Shown in pieces: positions 1 to 8,630 of a stretch of 64,000 bases of DNA. The stretch comes from Dehalococcoidia bacterium (GTDB taxonomy: Bacteria; Chloroflexota; Dehalococcoidia; UBA2979). The position numbers and the translations under genes were made by a program. The DNA is taken from NCBI GenBank assembly GCA_965262725.1, contig OZ253555.1, positions 224,001-288,000 of the forward strand. The letters run 5' to 3'. The stretch's first letter is position 1; every line of letters begins with the position of its first letter. The notes beneath the pieces were generated by a model. The model did no database searches and had not been told where the DNA came from. It worked only from the letters and a program-made list of their open reading frames with translations.

Positions 1-495
1 ATCGGTATCACCGGCTCCGTGCTGCAGATGTTCGCGCACGGCGTGATGACGGCCCTCTTCTTCCTCCTGATCGGCGCGATGTACGACCAGTCGCACGACC
101 GCGAGATCCCGCACTTCTCCGGGATGGCGAAGCAGATGCCGATCTGGGCGGCATTCTTCGTGATCGCCGGCCTCGCCTCGCTCGGGCTTCCCGGGCTCTC
201 GGGCTTCGTCGCCGAGGTTCACATCTTCATCGGCGCGTTCCGCGCCTACCCGATCGTGGGCGGACTCGCCGTGCTGACGGCCGCGATCACCGCGACCTAT
301 CTGCTGCGGATGTTCGCGCAGTCGTTCTTCGGCGAGATGCACCCGGCGTGGAGCGGGCTGCGTGAGATGACCTGGGCCGAGCGCGCGGGGGCGACCCTGC
401 TCGCCGGGTCGATCCTGTGGCTCGGGGTCTGGCCCTCGCCCTGGATCGATCGCATCGCGAGCACGGTCGAGGGCCTGCAGGGAGTGGCGCTGTGA
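1..495 (+). CDS. nuoM: NADH-quinone oxidoreductase subunit M, 5'-partial
   Basis: Open frame from base 1; motifs QMFAHG, ASLGLPGLSGFVAE; stop overlaps the next gene (GTGA). Confidence 0.93.
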   Translation: MGITGSVLQMFAHGVMTALFFLLIGAMYDQSHDREIPHFSGMAKQMPIWAAFFVIAGLASLGLPGLSGFVAEVHIFIGAFRAYPIVGGLAVLTAAITATYLLRMFAQSFFGEMHPAWSGLREMTWAERAGATLLAGSILWLGVWPSPWIDRIASTVEGLQGVAL

Positions 496-1946
496 ACCCC
501 GATCTCAACTTCGAGTACGCGCTGCTCGCTCCCGAGCTGATCCTCGCCGGCACGGCCGCGCTCGTGCTCTTCGCCGACGCCTTCCGCGCGGAGCTCGGCG
601 TGAGCCGGCGCCTGCTGCCGTGGATCGCCGTGCTGGGGGCGCTGATCGCGGGAGTCGTCTCGCTCGCCTACGTGGACATGTCGGAGAACTTCGCCGAGCT
701 CCTCAGCATCGACGACTTCACGACCTTCTTCCGCGTGCTCTTCACGGCGATCGTCGTGATCCTGATTCTGGTTTCCCACGAGTTCGTGGAGCGGCACGTC
801 CGCCACGTCGGCGAGTTCTACGCCCTGCTCTTGCTCGCGACGGTGGGCGCCATCTACATGGCGGCGGCCCGCGAGCTGATTACGGCGTACATCGCGATCG
901 AGCTCCTCTCCTTCTCGCTCTACGTCGCCGTCTCGCTCACGCTCGGCGATCGGCGCTCCGGCGAGGCGAGCCTGAAGTACGTGCTGCTCGGCGGCGTCGC
1001 CTCGGCGATGCTGCTCTACGGCCTCTCGCTCATCTACGGCATCGCCGGGTCGACGAGCTACGCGGAGATCGGCGCGGCCTTCGCGGCCGGCACGGCGAAC
1101 TTCGAGTGGGCGCTGGTGCTCGGGCTGTCGCTCGTGATCGGCGGCCTCGGCTTCAAGGCGTCGGCGGTTCCGTTCCACATGTGGACGCCCGACGCCTACG
1201 AGGGCGCTCCGCTTCCGATCACCGCCTTCCTCTCCGCGACGTCGAAGGCGGCGATCGTGGCGCTGCTGCTGCGGGTCTTCGGCGGCCCCCTGCTCCCGGT
1301 CATCGACGAGTGGCAGTGGATGATGGCGACGCTGGCCGTCCTGACGATGGCGGTCGGCAACCTGATCGCGCTTCAGCAGAGCAACATCAAGCGGCTGCTC
1401 GCCTACTCGTCGATAGGCCAGGTCGGCTACATGCTGATGGCGGTCACGGTCGTCTCGGTGGAGACGTCGAGCGCGCTCCTCTTGCACGTCGCCGGCTACC
1501 TCGTGACGAACCTCGCGGTGTTCGCAGCCGTCATCGCCGTCCACAACCGGACGGGCGACGAGCGCATCGTGGGGTTCCGCGGCCTGGCGGAGACCCAGCC
1601 ATTCCTCGCGCTGGTGCTGACGGCGGGATTTTTCTCGCTCGCCGGGATGCCGCTTCTCGCCGGCTTCGCCACGAAGTTCATTCTCTTCCAGACCGTCGCC
1701 AGCGAGGGATTCCTCTGGCTCTCCGTGGTCGCCGTCATCGCCAGCACCGTGTCGCTCTACTACTACCTGCAGGTGATCCGGCAGATCTATCTCTATCCGC
1801 CGGAGGGTGATGCCCAGCGCTGGCGCCCGTCGTTCACCGGTCTCGCCACCACCGGGGGGCTGCTCGTGGGGGTGGTGGTGATAGGTCTCTACGCCGGACC
1901 GCTCTTCCGGCTCGCCGACGAGGCCGCGACGGCCCTCTTCGTCTAG
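492..1946 (+). CDS. nuoN: NADH-quinone oxidoreductase subunit N
   Basis: GTG at 492 coupled to the nuoM stop; EASLKY, FKASAVPFHMWTPDAYEGAP, KRLLAYSSIGQVGY motifs; very hydrophobic. Confidence 0.95.
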   Translation: MNPDLNFEYALLAPELILAGTAALVLFADAFRAELGVSRRLLPWIAVLGALIAGVVSLAYVDMSENFAELLSIDDFTTFFRVLFTAIVVILILVSHEFVERHVRHVGEFYALLLLATVGAIYMAAARELITAYIAIELLSFSLYVAVSLTLGDRRSGEASLKYVLLGGVASAMLLYGLSLIYGIAGSTSYAEIGAAFAAGTANFEWALVLGLSLVIGGLGFKASAVPFHMWTPDAYEGAPLPITAFLSATSKAAIVALLLRVFGGPLLPVIDEWQWMMATLAVLTMAVGNLIALQQSNIKRLLAYSSIGQVGYMLMAVTVVSVETSSALLLHVAGYLVTNLAVFAAVIAVHNRTGDERIVGFRGLAETQPFLALVLTAGFFSLAGMPLLAGFATKFILFQTVASEGFLWLSVVAVIASTVSLYYYLQVIRQIYLYPPEGDAQRWRPSFTGLATTGGLLVGVVVIGLYAGPLFRLADEAATALFV

Positions 1947-1948
1947 CC

Positions 1949-1974
1949 TGTCGTGTCACCGAGTAATAGGGACA
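1949..1974 (+). mobile_element. Possible isolated IS481-like terminal repeat relic
   Basis: TGTCGTGTCACCGAGTAATAGGGACA: 26-bp TGT...GACA shape recalled from IS481-family ends; no transposase or partner end nearby. Confidence 0.3.
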
Positions 1975-2011
1975 GCTAGAGGCCGTCAGCTCGGACCTCG
2001 CACCGGAGCGC

Positions 2012-2447
2012 TCATCGGCGGGACGAGCCCCGTTCTGAGGACCGGTGTTGCTTGGGAGGATGGTCCTGGTTGAAGGCGCTGGCCTCCCGGATCAGGTCCT
2101 GGAACGCGGGACCATCGACCTCATCCTCGGCCCGAAGATCGATTGCTCGACGGACGGTGCCCGTTAGTCCCGCGTTGAACAGATGGTGGGGGGTCCGCAA
2201 GGAAGGCCCCTTTGGCGAAGGTCAGCTTGACGATCTGCGTGTAGGCCTCACCTGTACACACGATTCCGTCGTGCGACCAAACGGGCGTTCCCCTCCATTT
2301 CCATTCCTCGAGGATGGCCGGGTTGGCCTCGTGGATGAGCCTTCGGACGAGGGCGAGCTTCTCGCCGCGCCAGTCTCCCAGCTCCCGGATCCGTGCCGTG
2401 ATGAACTCGGAGGCGGGCCCGTGCCCCTCACTCGAATCCGACCGCAT
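2012..2447 (-). pseudogene. DUF1801 (YdhG-like) protein, frameshifted
   Basis: EEWKWRGTPVWSHDGIVCTGE...KLTFAKGA in one frame, HLFNAGLTGTVRRAID in another; the shift lies in a G6 run at ~2188-2193 (may be a sequencing error). Confidence 0.75.
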
Positions 2448-2554
2448 GACCACCATCCATGCCGTGTCCGCCAACGAAGCCTACGCCGGCGCACTGTGCT
2501 GTGAACCAGGGCCAGGGATGGCGCACCGCCGGTCAGCGTCGAGGAGACAGCTCG

Positions 2555-2998
2555 TCAGAACCCACGCCAGCCGGGCAGAGCGGCCGCCTGCCGGATCCAC
2601 GTCGCCATCTGGTCCTCTTCCAATTCGCCCTCGTCGATGTCGACCCAGCGCGAGTCCTTGTCCTTGCCCGCGCCGGCCGGGACGGGTCGCAGCGATGCGC
2701 CTTGGAAGAAGGTCACCCTTATGTAGCGGGTGAAGACGTGGCAACTCACGAACCACCCTTCGTCCTCGATGCCATAGAAGGGCGAGTTCCACCTCACCGC
2801 CTTACGCACGTTGGGCACAGTGCGCACGATGAGGTCGTCGAGGCGGCGCCCCACATCGCTCTTCCAGCCCGGCATGGCCGCGATGTAGACCTGCACGGGG
2901 GCGTCGCCGCCCCCCTTCGGAATCTGAGGATTATCGCCTGCGAGGAGGATCGGCTTCGCGCCAGCCTTCTTTGCGGCTTTCGCTGACATCTCAGACAT
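2555..2998 (-). CDS. DUF1801 domain protein
   Basis: LLAGDNPQIPKG...YIAAMPGWK...KAVRWNSPFYG...QAAALPGW, typical of the family; start ATG at 2998 or 2989. Confidence 0.85.
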   Translation of the reverse strand: MSEMSAKAAKKAGAKPILLAGDNPQIPKGGGDAPVQVYIAAMPGWKSDVGRRLDDLIVRTVPNVRKAVRWNSPFYGIEDEGWFVSCHVFTRYIRVTFFQGASLRPVPAGAGKDKDSRWVDIDEGELEEDQMATWIRQAAALPGWRGF

Positions 2999-3077
2999 AC
3001 TACTGGCCACTGCATTCACTCGAATTCGCGCTTCGCGCGGCTGGATTCTGTCGGGCGAGAATCCGAAGTTCAACTGT

Positions 3078-3139
3078 TGGTGGAGCTGCGGGGACTCGAG
3101 CCGGTGACCTCTACGCTGCTGGGACTCGAACCGGCGACC
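3078..3139 (-). other. Two tandem degenerate tRNA 3'-end fragments (tRNA-Ala/tmRNA-like att scar)
   Basis: Reverse complement gives GGTCACCGGCTCGAGTCCCCGCAGCTCCACCA plus a second GGTCGCCGGTTCGAGTCCCAGCAGC; no 5' half, T-stems mismatched. Confidence 0.6.
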
Positions 3140-3274
3140 AGGGGCGCACGAGGCCTCTGGTGCCGGCGGCCCTCCGCCGGGCGGGGATTCCGGGTGCTGC
3201 ACGCGAGGCCGGGGGGAGCGTTCCGCGGCGCGGGCGGCTGGGGTACACTGCCCGCCGCAGGGAGGCGCTGCTTG

Positions 3275-3538
3275 ATGAGCCGACGACGCGTGGCCACCGT
3301 CCTTGTCGGCGCGTCCGCGGCGCTCGCTCCGACTCTCGCCGTCGCGCAGGAGAGCCGCGCGCTCGACGCGCCCGACTCCGCGGCGGGCGCGGTGCTCATC
3401 ACCGTCGCGGGCGTTGTCGCCCTCTTCGCGGTGGCGGGCGTCGGGTACCTCTACCTCCGCGCGAGCGGACTCGAATGGAACTTCCAGAAGAAGGAGTTGC
3501 CACCGGAGCCGGGCTCCGGCGGCCACCAGGAGTCCTGA
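3275..3538 (+). CDS. Small membrane protein (signal peptide + one TM helix)
   Basis: GGAGG RBS upstream; MSRRR...AVAQE signal-like N-terminus followed by a hydrophobic helix. Confidence 0.6.
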   Translation: MSRRRVATVLVGASAALAPTLAVAQESRALDAPDSAAGAVLITVAGVVALFAVAGVGYLYLRASGLEWNFQKKELPPEPGSGGHQES

Positions 3539-3580
3539 GCCGCCCCTCGGCGGTCGCAGGCGACGGGAGAGGAGCAGCAC

Positions 3581-4039
3581 GTGTTGCAGGTCGGCGAGAT
3601 GATGCCCGAGTTCAAGCTGCGCCACCGCGACGGCGACGTGACGAATGAGGACTTCGCGGGGAGTCCCACCGTCATGGCCTTCTACGCGGTCGCCTTCACC
3701 GGAGGGTGAGAGCGTGAAATGAAGGCCTTCCAGGAGCTCCTCGGGGAGTTCCAGGAGGCCGGCGCCCGCGTCGTGGGTGTCAGCTCGGATCACGCACCGG
3801 CCAACGGAGTCTTCCAGGACCAGTGCGGCACGGAGTTCCCGCTGCTCGCCGATTGGCCGCGCTACCGGACCCTGGACGCCTTCGGCGTCCGGAACGACCG
3901 GCTTCCGATCGCGGATCGCGTGACGTTCATCTTCGACTCGGGGGGCGTCTGCCGCTTCGTGCTGAAGGACCTCGACGAGGTCGAGTACCATGCGTCGGAG
4001 GCGCTGAACTCGGTGAAGGAGATGGCGGCGGGCGCGTAG
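3581..4039 (+). CDS. Peroxiredoxin (AhpC/TSA, BCP/AhpE-like), predicted selenoprotein with UGA at 3707-3709
   Basis: GAGGAG RBS + GTG; VLQVGEMMPEFKL...MAFYAVAFTGG[UGA]EREM...VVGVSSD...FPLLAD...RVTFIFD; the UGA sits exactly at the peroxidatic Cys position. Confidence 0.88.
3724..3760 (+). promoter_or_regulatory. Putative bacterial SECIS hairpin
   Basis: GGCCTTC..GGAGCTCC-TCGG-GGAGTTCC..GGAGGCC two-part stem starting 14 nt after the in-frame UGA. Confidence 0.6.
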
Positions 4040-4069
4040 GCGGCGCCCGCGCGCATCGGGCGGTGGGGC

Positions 4070-4537
4070 CTACTCGGCCTGCGCGGAGTAGGCTCCCATC
4101 GCCTCGTCGATCTCGTGGGCGCGCGTCTCGAGGGCAACCAGCCTCTCGCGTAGCTCGCCGCCCATCTCGGTGAGTTGCTGGCTCTTCTGCTCGACGATCT
4201 CGAGCTGGCGCCTGGTGGCGTCGGTCACGAGCTGCACGCGCTCGCGGCGGGCCGGCAGCTCGCGGTCCGGGCGGAACGTCGCGCGGATCTGGGCGCGCAG
4301 CTGCTCAGCGTCGACCATCTCCTTGATCTCGGCGAGGCTCAAACCGAGCAACTCCTGGAGCTTCTTGATCAGCGTGACCCGCTCGATGTCGTTCTCGGAG
4401 TAGAGGCGGAAGCCGCCCTCCAGGCGGTCGGTGGGGGTGATGAGCTCGCGTTCCTCGTAGAAGCGGAGCGTGCGCTGCGTGACGCCCGTGCGCTCAGCGA
4501 CCTCGCCGATCTGAAATCGCTGGCCCGCGTCGTCCAC
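4070..4537 (-). CDS. MerR-family transcriptional regulator
   Basis: FQIGEVAERTGVTQRTLRFYEERELI...GFRLYS; GGGAGG RBS before GTG at 4537. Confidence 0.92.
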   Translation of the reverse strand: MDDAGQRFQIGEVAERTGVTQRTLRFYEERELITPTDRLEGGFRLYSENDIERVTLIKKLQELLGLSLAEIKEMVDAEQLRAQIRATFRPDRELPARRERVQLVTDATRRQLEIVEQKSQQLTEMGGELRERLVALETRAHEIDEAMGAYSAQAE

Positions 4538-4680
4538 AATGGCCTCCCGCGCCGGCGTCGCTTGTCGGAGCGCGCGGTGGGGATCGTAGGGAGCCGCGAT
4601 CCGGCACGTCAAGGAAGAGCGGCCCGGGGGGCCGCACGCGGTGCCGAGAGGCCCCGCGAGAGCGGGCCCCGAACTCCCGC

Positions 4681-5436
4681 TCAGTCGTCGTAGTCGTCCT
4701 CATCGGACGCCGCCGCCAGGCTGTAACCCGCTGGCAGCATCGGGGACGCTCGCTCGAGCGCTCGTTCCGTCGGCGGCGGAACCGCCGCGACCGCCGCAAC
4801 CGCCTCGGCGGTGCGGGGCGCGGCGACGACGAGTATCGGCGCGCCGGCGTCGCGCCACGCCGCGATCGTCTCGGGATCGAGTTCTGCCTCGAGGTGGCGC
4901 GCGTCGATCGCCAGGGGAGCGCGAAGCAGCGCCGAGTGGCGGCGCATCGTCGCCAGGGAGCGCGCGCTGAGGCGTCCGCTCCCGGTCGTACCGGGCGGTG
5001 GCTCCATCAGCGCGGCATCGGGCTCAAGCGCCGCCAGCGTTCGCACGGTCGTCTCATCGCAATCGGCGGTGATCAGGGGAACGCGGCCAAGCGCCGGGCG
5101 GCTGAGGGCTGAGGCCTCCGCGAGGAGATCGTCGAAGACGAGGAAGTCGACGCCCGCCTCAAGCAGCGAGGCCGCGTCGGCGCCGGTCGCTGCCGTCAGG
5201 CGGCACCCGATCGGTCGCGAGCCGGCAGCGGAGACGACCGGGGAGGCGCCGCCCGGCGGGCCGGTGTAGAGAAAGGCGACCGCTCCCGCCTCGGCGGCCG
5301 CGTCGGTGTCCTGCGCGTTCTCGACGGAGGCCACCACGACGACAAAGGAATGGGTGGGCTCCACCGCGCGCCCGAAGCCGATGGCCTGCGTGCGCGGCTG
5401 CGCGGCGCGCCGGACCAGCTCCCGCAGCTTGCTCAT
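4681..5436 (-). CDS. Hypothetical protein (possible TIM-barrel-like fold)
   Basis: AGGAG RBS, ATG at 5436, GC3-biased codons; MSKLRE...AIGFG N-terminus, acidic C-tail. Confidence 0.7.
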   Translation of the reverse strand: MSKLRELVRRAAQPRTQAIGFGRAVEPTHSFVVVVASVENAQDTDAAAEAGAVAFLYTGPPGGASPVVSAAGSRPIGCRLTAATGADAASLLEAGVDFLVFDDLLAEASALSRPALGRVPLITADCDETTVRTLAALEPDAALMEPPPGTTGSGRLSARSLATMRRHSALLRAPLAIDARHLEAELDPETIAAWRDAGAPILVVAAPRTAEAVAAVAAVPPPTERALERASPMLPAGYSLAAASDEDDYDD

Positions 5437-5483
5437 GGTCACTCCTGGGCGCGTCGATGCGGTCAGGCGGAAGACGCGGGCGA

Positions 5484-5558
5484 TGGAGCCGGCGGGGGGA
5501 TTCGAACCCTCGGCCTGCTGTTTACGAAACAGCTGCTCTTCCTCTGAGCTACGCCGGC
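5484..5558 (-). tRNA. tRNA-Thr(CGT)
   Basis: GCCGGCGTAGCTCAGAGG...CTGTT-TTCGTAA-style anticodon arm (CTGTTTCGTAAACAG)...GGTTCGAATCC...CGCCGGCTCCA; full cloverleaf with encoded CCA. Confidence 0.96.
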
Positions 5559-5641
5559 CCGGCTCCATGCTATCACCTGGTGCGGTGGGATCCGGGGCAC
5601 GGTCGGCGTTGCGCGGAGGGGCGCCCGGAGCCCCGTCGGCG

Positions 5642-6361
5642 CTAGAGATCGCGCCGGCGGAAGACGACGAAGGCGGCCGTCAGGCCGAGCGCGGAGACGA
5701 TCCCGTAGCTCATGATCACGCCGATCTCGCGCCACAGGGACGTCTCGCCGCGGAAGGTCGCGGCGAGCTCGTGGAAGACGCCCCAGCCGCTCAGCCAGGG
5801 GAGGCCGACGGCGTAGAACGCGCCGGCCAGGACAAGGGATCCGGCGAGCGCGATCAGGGTGGAGAACAACGAGTTGCGCAGGAGCGTCGAGAGCGCGATC
5901 GCCGGTGCCAGCACCGAGAGCAGCATCGCGGTCACCATCACGAGACCGGCGACCACGCCCGCAGTCGACGTGTCGCGCTCGGAGGAGTAGCGGAGGATCA
6001 GGTTGGCGGAGGGGATCATGACGGCCGCGAGCACCAGGAGGGCCATCGTCATCCGCGAGGTCACCTTCGCGGCGACGTACTCCGTTCGCGTCACCGACCG
6101 GGCGAGGATCGAGTCGGAGGCGATCGCGGCCTCGCCCGAGACGGAGGCTCCGCCGATGACCGCCACGGCCAGAGCCGAGATCGGGGCGAGGGCGGTGGCG
6201 GCGTAGACGGCGAGCGTCTCCGATGCCTTCTCCTCCTGGCTCGCGGCGACGGCGACGAAGAAGAGCCCCGAGAGCGCGAGCACGCTGATCCAGACCCGGA
6301 GCAGCCACGAGTGCGCGAGCTGGACGATGTCGTAGCGGAGGATGGCGAGGTAGGCTTGCAC
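5642..6361 (-). CDS. ABC-2 type transporter permease
   Basis: About 6 TM helices; LARSVTRTEYVAAK and C-terminal FRRRDL typical of ABC-2 membrane proteins. Confidence 0.85.
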   Translation of the reverse strand: MQAYLAILRYDIVQLAHSWLLRVWISVLALSGLFFVAVAASQEEKASETLAVYAATALAPISALAVAVIGGASVSGEAAIASDSILARSVTRTEYVAAKVTSRMTMALLVLAAVMIPSANLILRYSSERDTSTAGVVAGLVMVTAMLLSVLAPAIALSTLLRNSLFSTLIALAGSLVLAGAFYAVGLPWLSGWGVFHELAATFRGETSLWREIGVIMSYGIVSALGLTAAFVVFRRRDL

Positions 6362-6523
6362 AAGGGGTCCTCTCGTCGGAAAAGCGCTACGCGGGCCCGC
6401 GGCGTGTCGGCCGGCGGCTCGGTGATCGCCTCACCCCAGCGAGGCGGCGGCCGCCGGGCGCCGGGCGCGCCGTCGGCGACCGGGCGAGGGTCCATCCGAT
6501 TCGCACCGGCGGGGAGATCCCGG

Positions 6524-7600
6524 TCATCCGGGCCGCGCCGAGAGGGGCGGCTCCGCCTCCGGCGGCGCCTCGCGCGAGGGGTGCGAGAGCACGTTCGGAT
6601 CATGGCCGGAGATGTCCTGCGTCCTGGACCAGGCGGCGAGGCGCAGGATGCCGCGCGAGCGGTCCTCCTCGAGCCGGTCGAGGAAGGCGTTCTCGATCTC
6701 GTCCGCCCCGGTGTTCAGGTGGAGCAGCTCGACGCCGGTGCTGGCGACGAGCGCGAGGACGCGCTGGAGGTACTCCTCCAGCGGACGCGCACCGAGGAAG
6801 GTGATGCGGAACTCGTTCCCCGTGCGGTGCCAGCTCAAAGACGAGAACTCATCGAGCGTGGGTACCTGCTCCTCGAAGGCCGCGAGGTTGCCGTCGATCT
6901 CGAGCGAGATCGTCCCCTGCTTGGCGAGACGCCGCATCTCGGACATCGGCCCGGTGTAGATCAGGCGGCCCTCCGAGATGATGCCGACGTCCGTGCAGAC
7001 CCGCTCCACGTCGCCGAGGATGTGCGTCGCGATGATGATCGTGCGGTCGCGGCCGGCGATCTGGCGGATCGACTCGATGATCTGCTTCCGTCCCGAGGGG
7101 TCGAGCCCTGAGGTCGGCTCGTCGAGGATGAGCAGCTCGGGGTCGTTCATGAGGGCGGCGGCGATCCCCACGCGCGTGAGCATCCCCGTGGAGAAGCCCT
7201 CGAGCTGCTGCGAGGCGGCGCTCGTGAGGTCGACCGCCTGCAGTAGCCGCGCGAGCTGGACCTTCGCCCGCTCGCGCGGCATCCCCAGAATGCTGCCGAC
7301 GAACTCGAGGTAGGCGATCGGCGTCAGGTGGCGCGGGAAGGTCGGGTTGGTCGGGAGGAAGCCGATGCGGCGGCGGAGGTCGGCGCGCTCGGGTGTCATG
7401 GTCTCCCCGAGCACGGAGAGCCGGCCGGCGGTCGGCTGCTGCAGCCCCAGCAGGAGGCGGAACGTGGTCGACTTGCCGGCGCCGTTGGGGCCGACCAGTC
7501 CGTAGACCGTCCCCTTCTCCACGCGCAGGTTCAGCGCGTTGAGAACGATGTAGCGCTTCTGGTAGATCTTCGTGAGGTCGGTGGTCTCCACGACCGTCAC
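6524..7600 (-). CDS. ABC transporter ATP-binding protein
   Basis: Walker A GPNGAGKST, signature FSTGM, Walker B LLILDEPT, H-loop. Confidence 0.95.
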   Translation of the reverse strand: MTVVETTDLTKIYQKRYIVLNALNLRVEKGTVYGLVGPNGAGKSTTFRLLLGLQQPTAGRLSVLGETMTPERADLRRRIGFLPTNPTFPRHLTPIAYLEFVGSILGMPRERAKVQLARLLQAVDLTSAASQQLEGFSTGMLTRVGIAAALMNDPELLILDEPTSGLDPSGRKQIIESIRQIAGRDRTIIIATHILGDVERVCTDVGIISEGRLIYTGPMSEMRRLAKQGTISLEIDGNLAAFEEQVPTLDEFSSLSWHRTGNEFRITFLGARPLEEYLQRVLALVASTGVELLHLNTGADEIENAFLDRLEEDRSRGILRLAAWSRTQDISGHDPNVLSHPSREAPPEAEPPLSARPG

Positions 7601-7703
7601 GGGTTGCCTCCTGGCTGCTTCCGCGGGCCTCTGATTCTAGCAGTGTCCGGCCCCGACTCCAACGGGCACCCGCTTTCGCGGACTCTCGGTACACTTCGGG
7701 CCC

Positions 7704-8444
7704 ATGCAGCGCGTACTCCTCGTCTCAGACAGCGCCGTCCACGTGGCCGTGACGGAGACCGTGCTGCGCGACGAGGGCGTCCTGTTCCGCCACGAGACAT
7801 CGCTCCCCGCGGGGCTCGCGCTCGCGCGCGAGTGGCGCCCGCTCCTGCTGATCCTCGACCTCGCCGTCCCCCTGGAGCGCGACGGCGTGCGCGCGTCGCC
7901 CGTGGCGACCGGCCGCAGCGCCGCGCGCGGCGCCCGGCGGGCGAACCTCACCGCGGGCGGCCTTGAGGCGGTGCTGCGCGATCCGGCTATAGACGGCGCC
8001 ACCCGGGTGCTCGCGATCGCCCAGCCGGAGCAGCTCGGCGTGCTCCGTCCCGATGCGGATATCGAGGACTTCCTGCTCTCCCCGCTCGACGACGAGGAGC
8101 TTCGGGTGCGCGTGCTGCGCGCCCTGGCGCGCGCCGGGGGAGAGGAGGGGAGCGTCCTTCGCCGGGGCGGCGTGGTGGTCGACCTCGAGCGCTACACGGT
8201 GACGGTCGACGGCGCGGTCGTCGACCTCACCTACAAGGAGTACGAGCTCCTGGCGTTCCTAGCGGGGAGCCCCGGGCGGCCCTTCACGCGCGAGGCCCTG
8301 CTCGATCGCGTGTGGGGCTACGATTACTACGGCGGCGCCCGCACCGTGGATGTGCACGTGCGCCGCATTCGTTCGAAGATCGAGGGGCGCCGCCAGTACA
8401 TCGAGACGGTGCGCAACGTCGGTTACCGCTTCGTCGAGCTCTGA
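7704..8444 (+). CDS. glnR: GlnR-like OmpR-family response regulator
   Basis: wHTH with LTYKEYELL...VWGYDYYGGARTVDVHVRRIRSK resembling actinobacterial GlnR; atypical receiver; directly upstream of glnA. Confidence 0.75.
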   Translation: MQRVLLVSDSAVHVAVTETVLRDEGVLFRHETSLPAGLALAREWRPLLLILDLAVPLERDGVRASPVATGRSAARGARRANLTAGGLEAVLRDPAIDGATRVLAIAQPEQLGVLRPDADIEDFLLSPLDDEELRVRVLRALARAGGEEGSVLRRGGVVVDLERYTVTVDGAVVDLTYKEYELLAFLAGSPGRPFTREALLDRVWGYDYYGGARTVDVHVRRIRSKIEGRRQYIETVRNVGYRFVEL

Positions 8445-8478
8445 TGGCGGCGGAGTCCCACCCGGGCGCAGGCGCCCG

Positions 8479-8516
8479 GAAACATCGCCGAAACACCAAG
8501 GTAACGCGCGGGAAAC
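8479..8516 (+). promoter_or_regulatory. Array of four GlnR boxes
   Basis: GAAAC-n6-GAAAC-n6-GTAAC-n6-GAAAC with exact 11-bp phasing, between glnR and glnA. Confidence 0.8.
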
Positions 8517-8630
8517 GGCCGCCTCCTACCCTAGGTGAACCGCGTCCGGGCGGGGCGCTCCTGCTCGCCGCCTGAGCGACGCGATCCCCCGTGAAGCGTG
8601 ACGGGGCGATAGGCAGAAGGAGGAGCGGGC

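Noticed and set aside
2188-2193. Homopolymer frameshifts as programmed or phase variation (also 29286-29289)
   Set aside because: Runs are short (4-6 nt) and equally explained by long-read indel errors; undecidable without reads
3078-3139. Functional tRNA gene
   Set aside because: Only 3' portions are present, with no D-arm or anticodon arm
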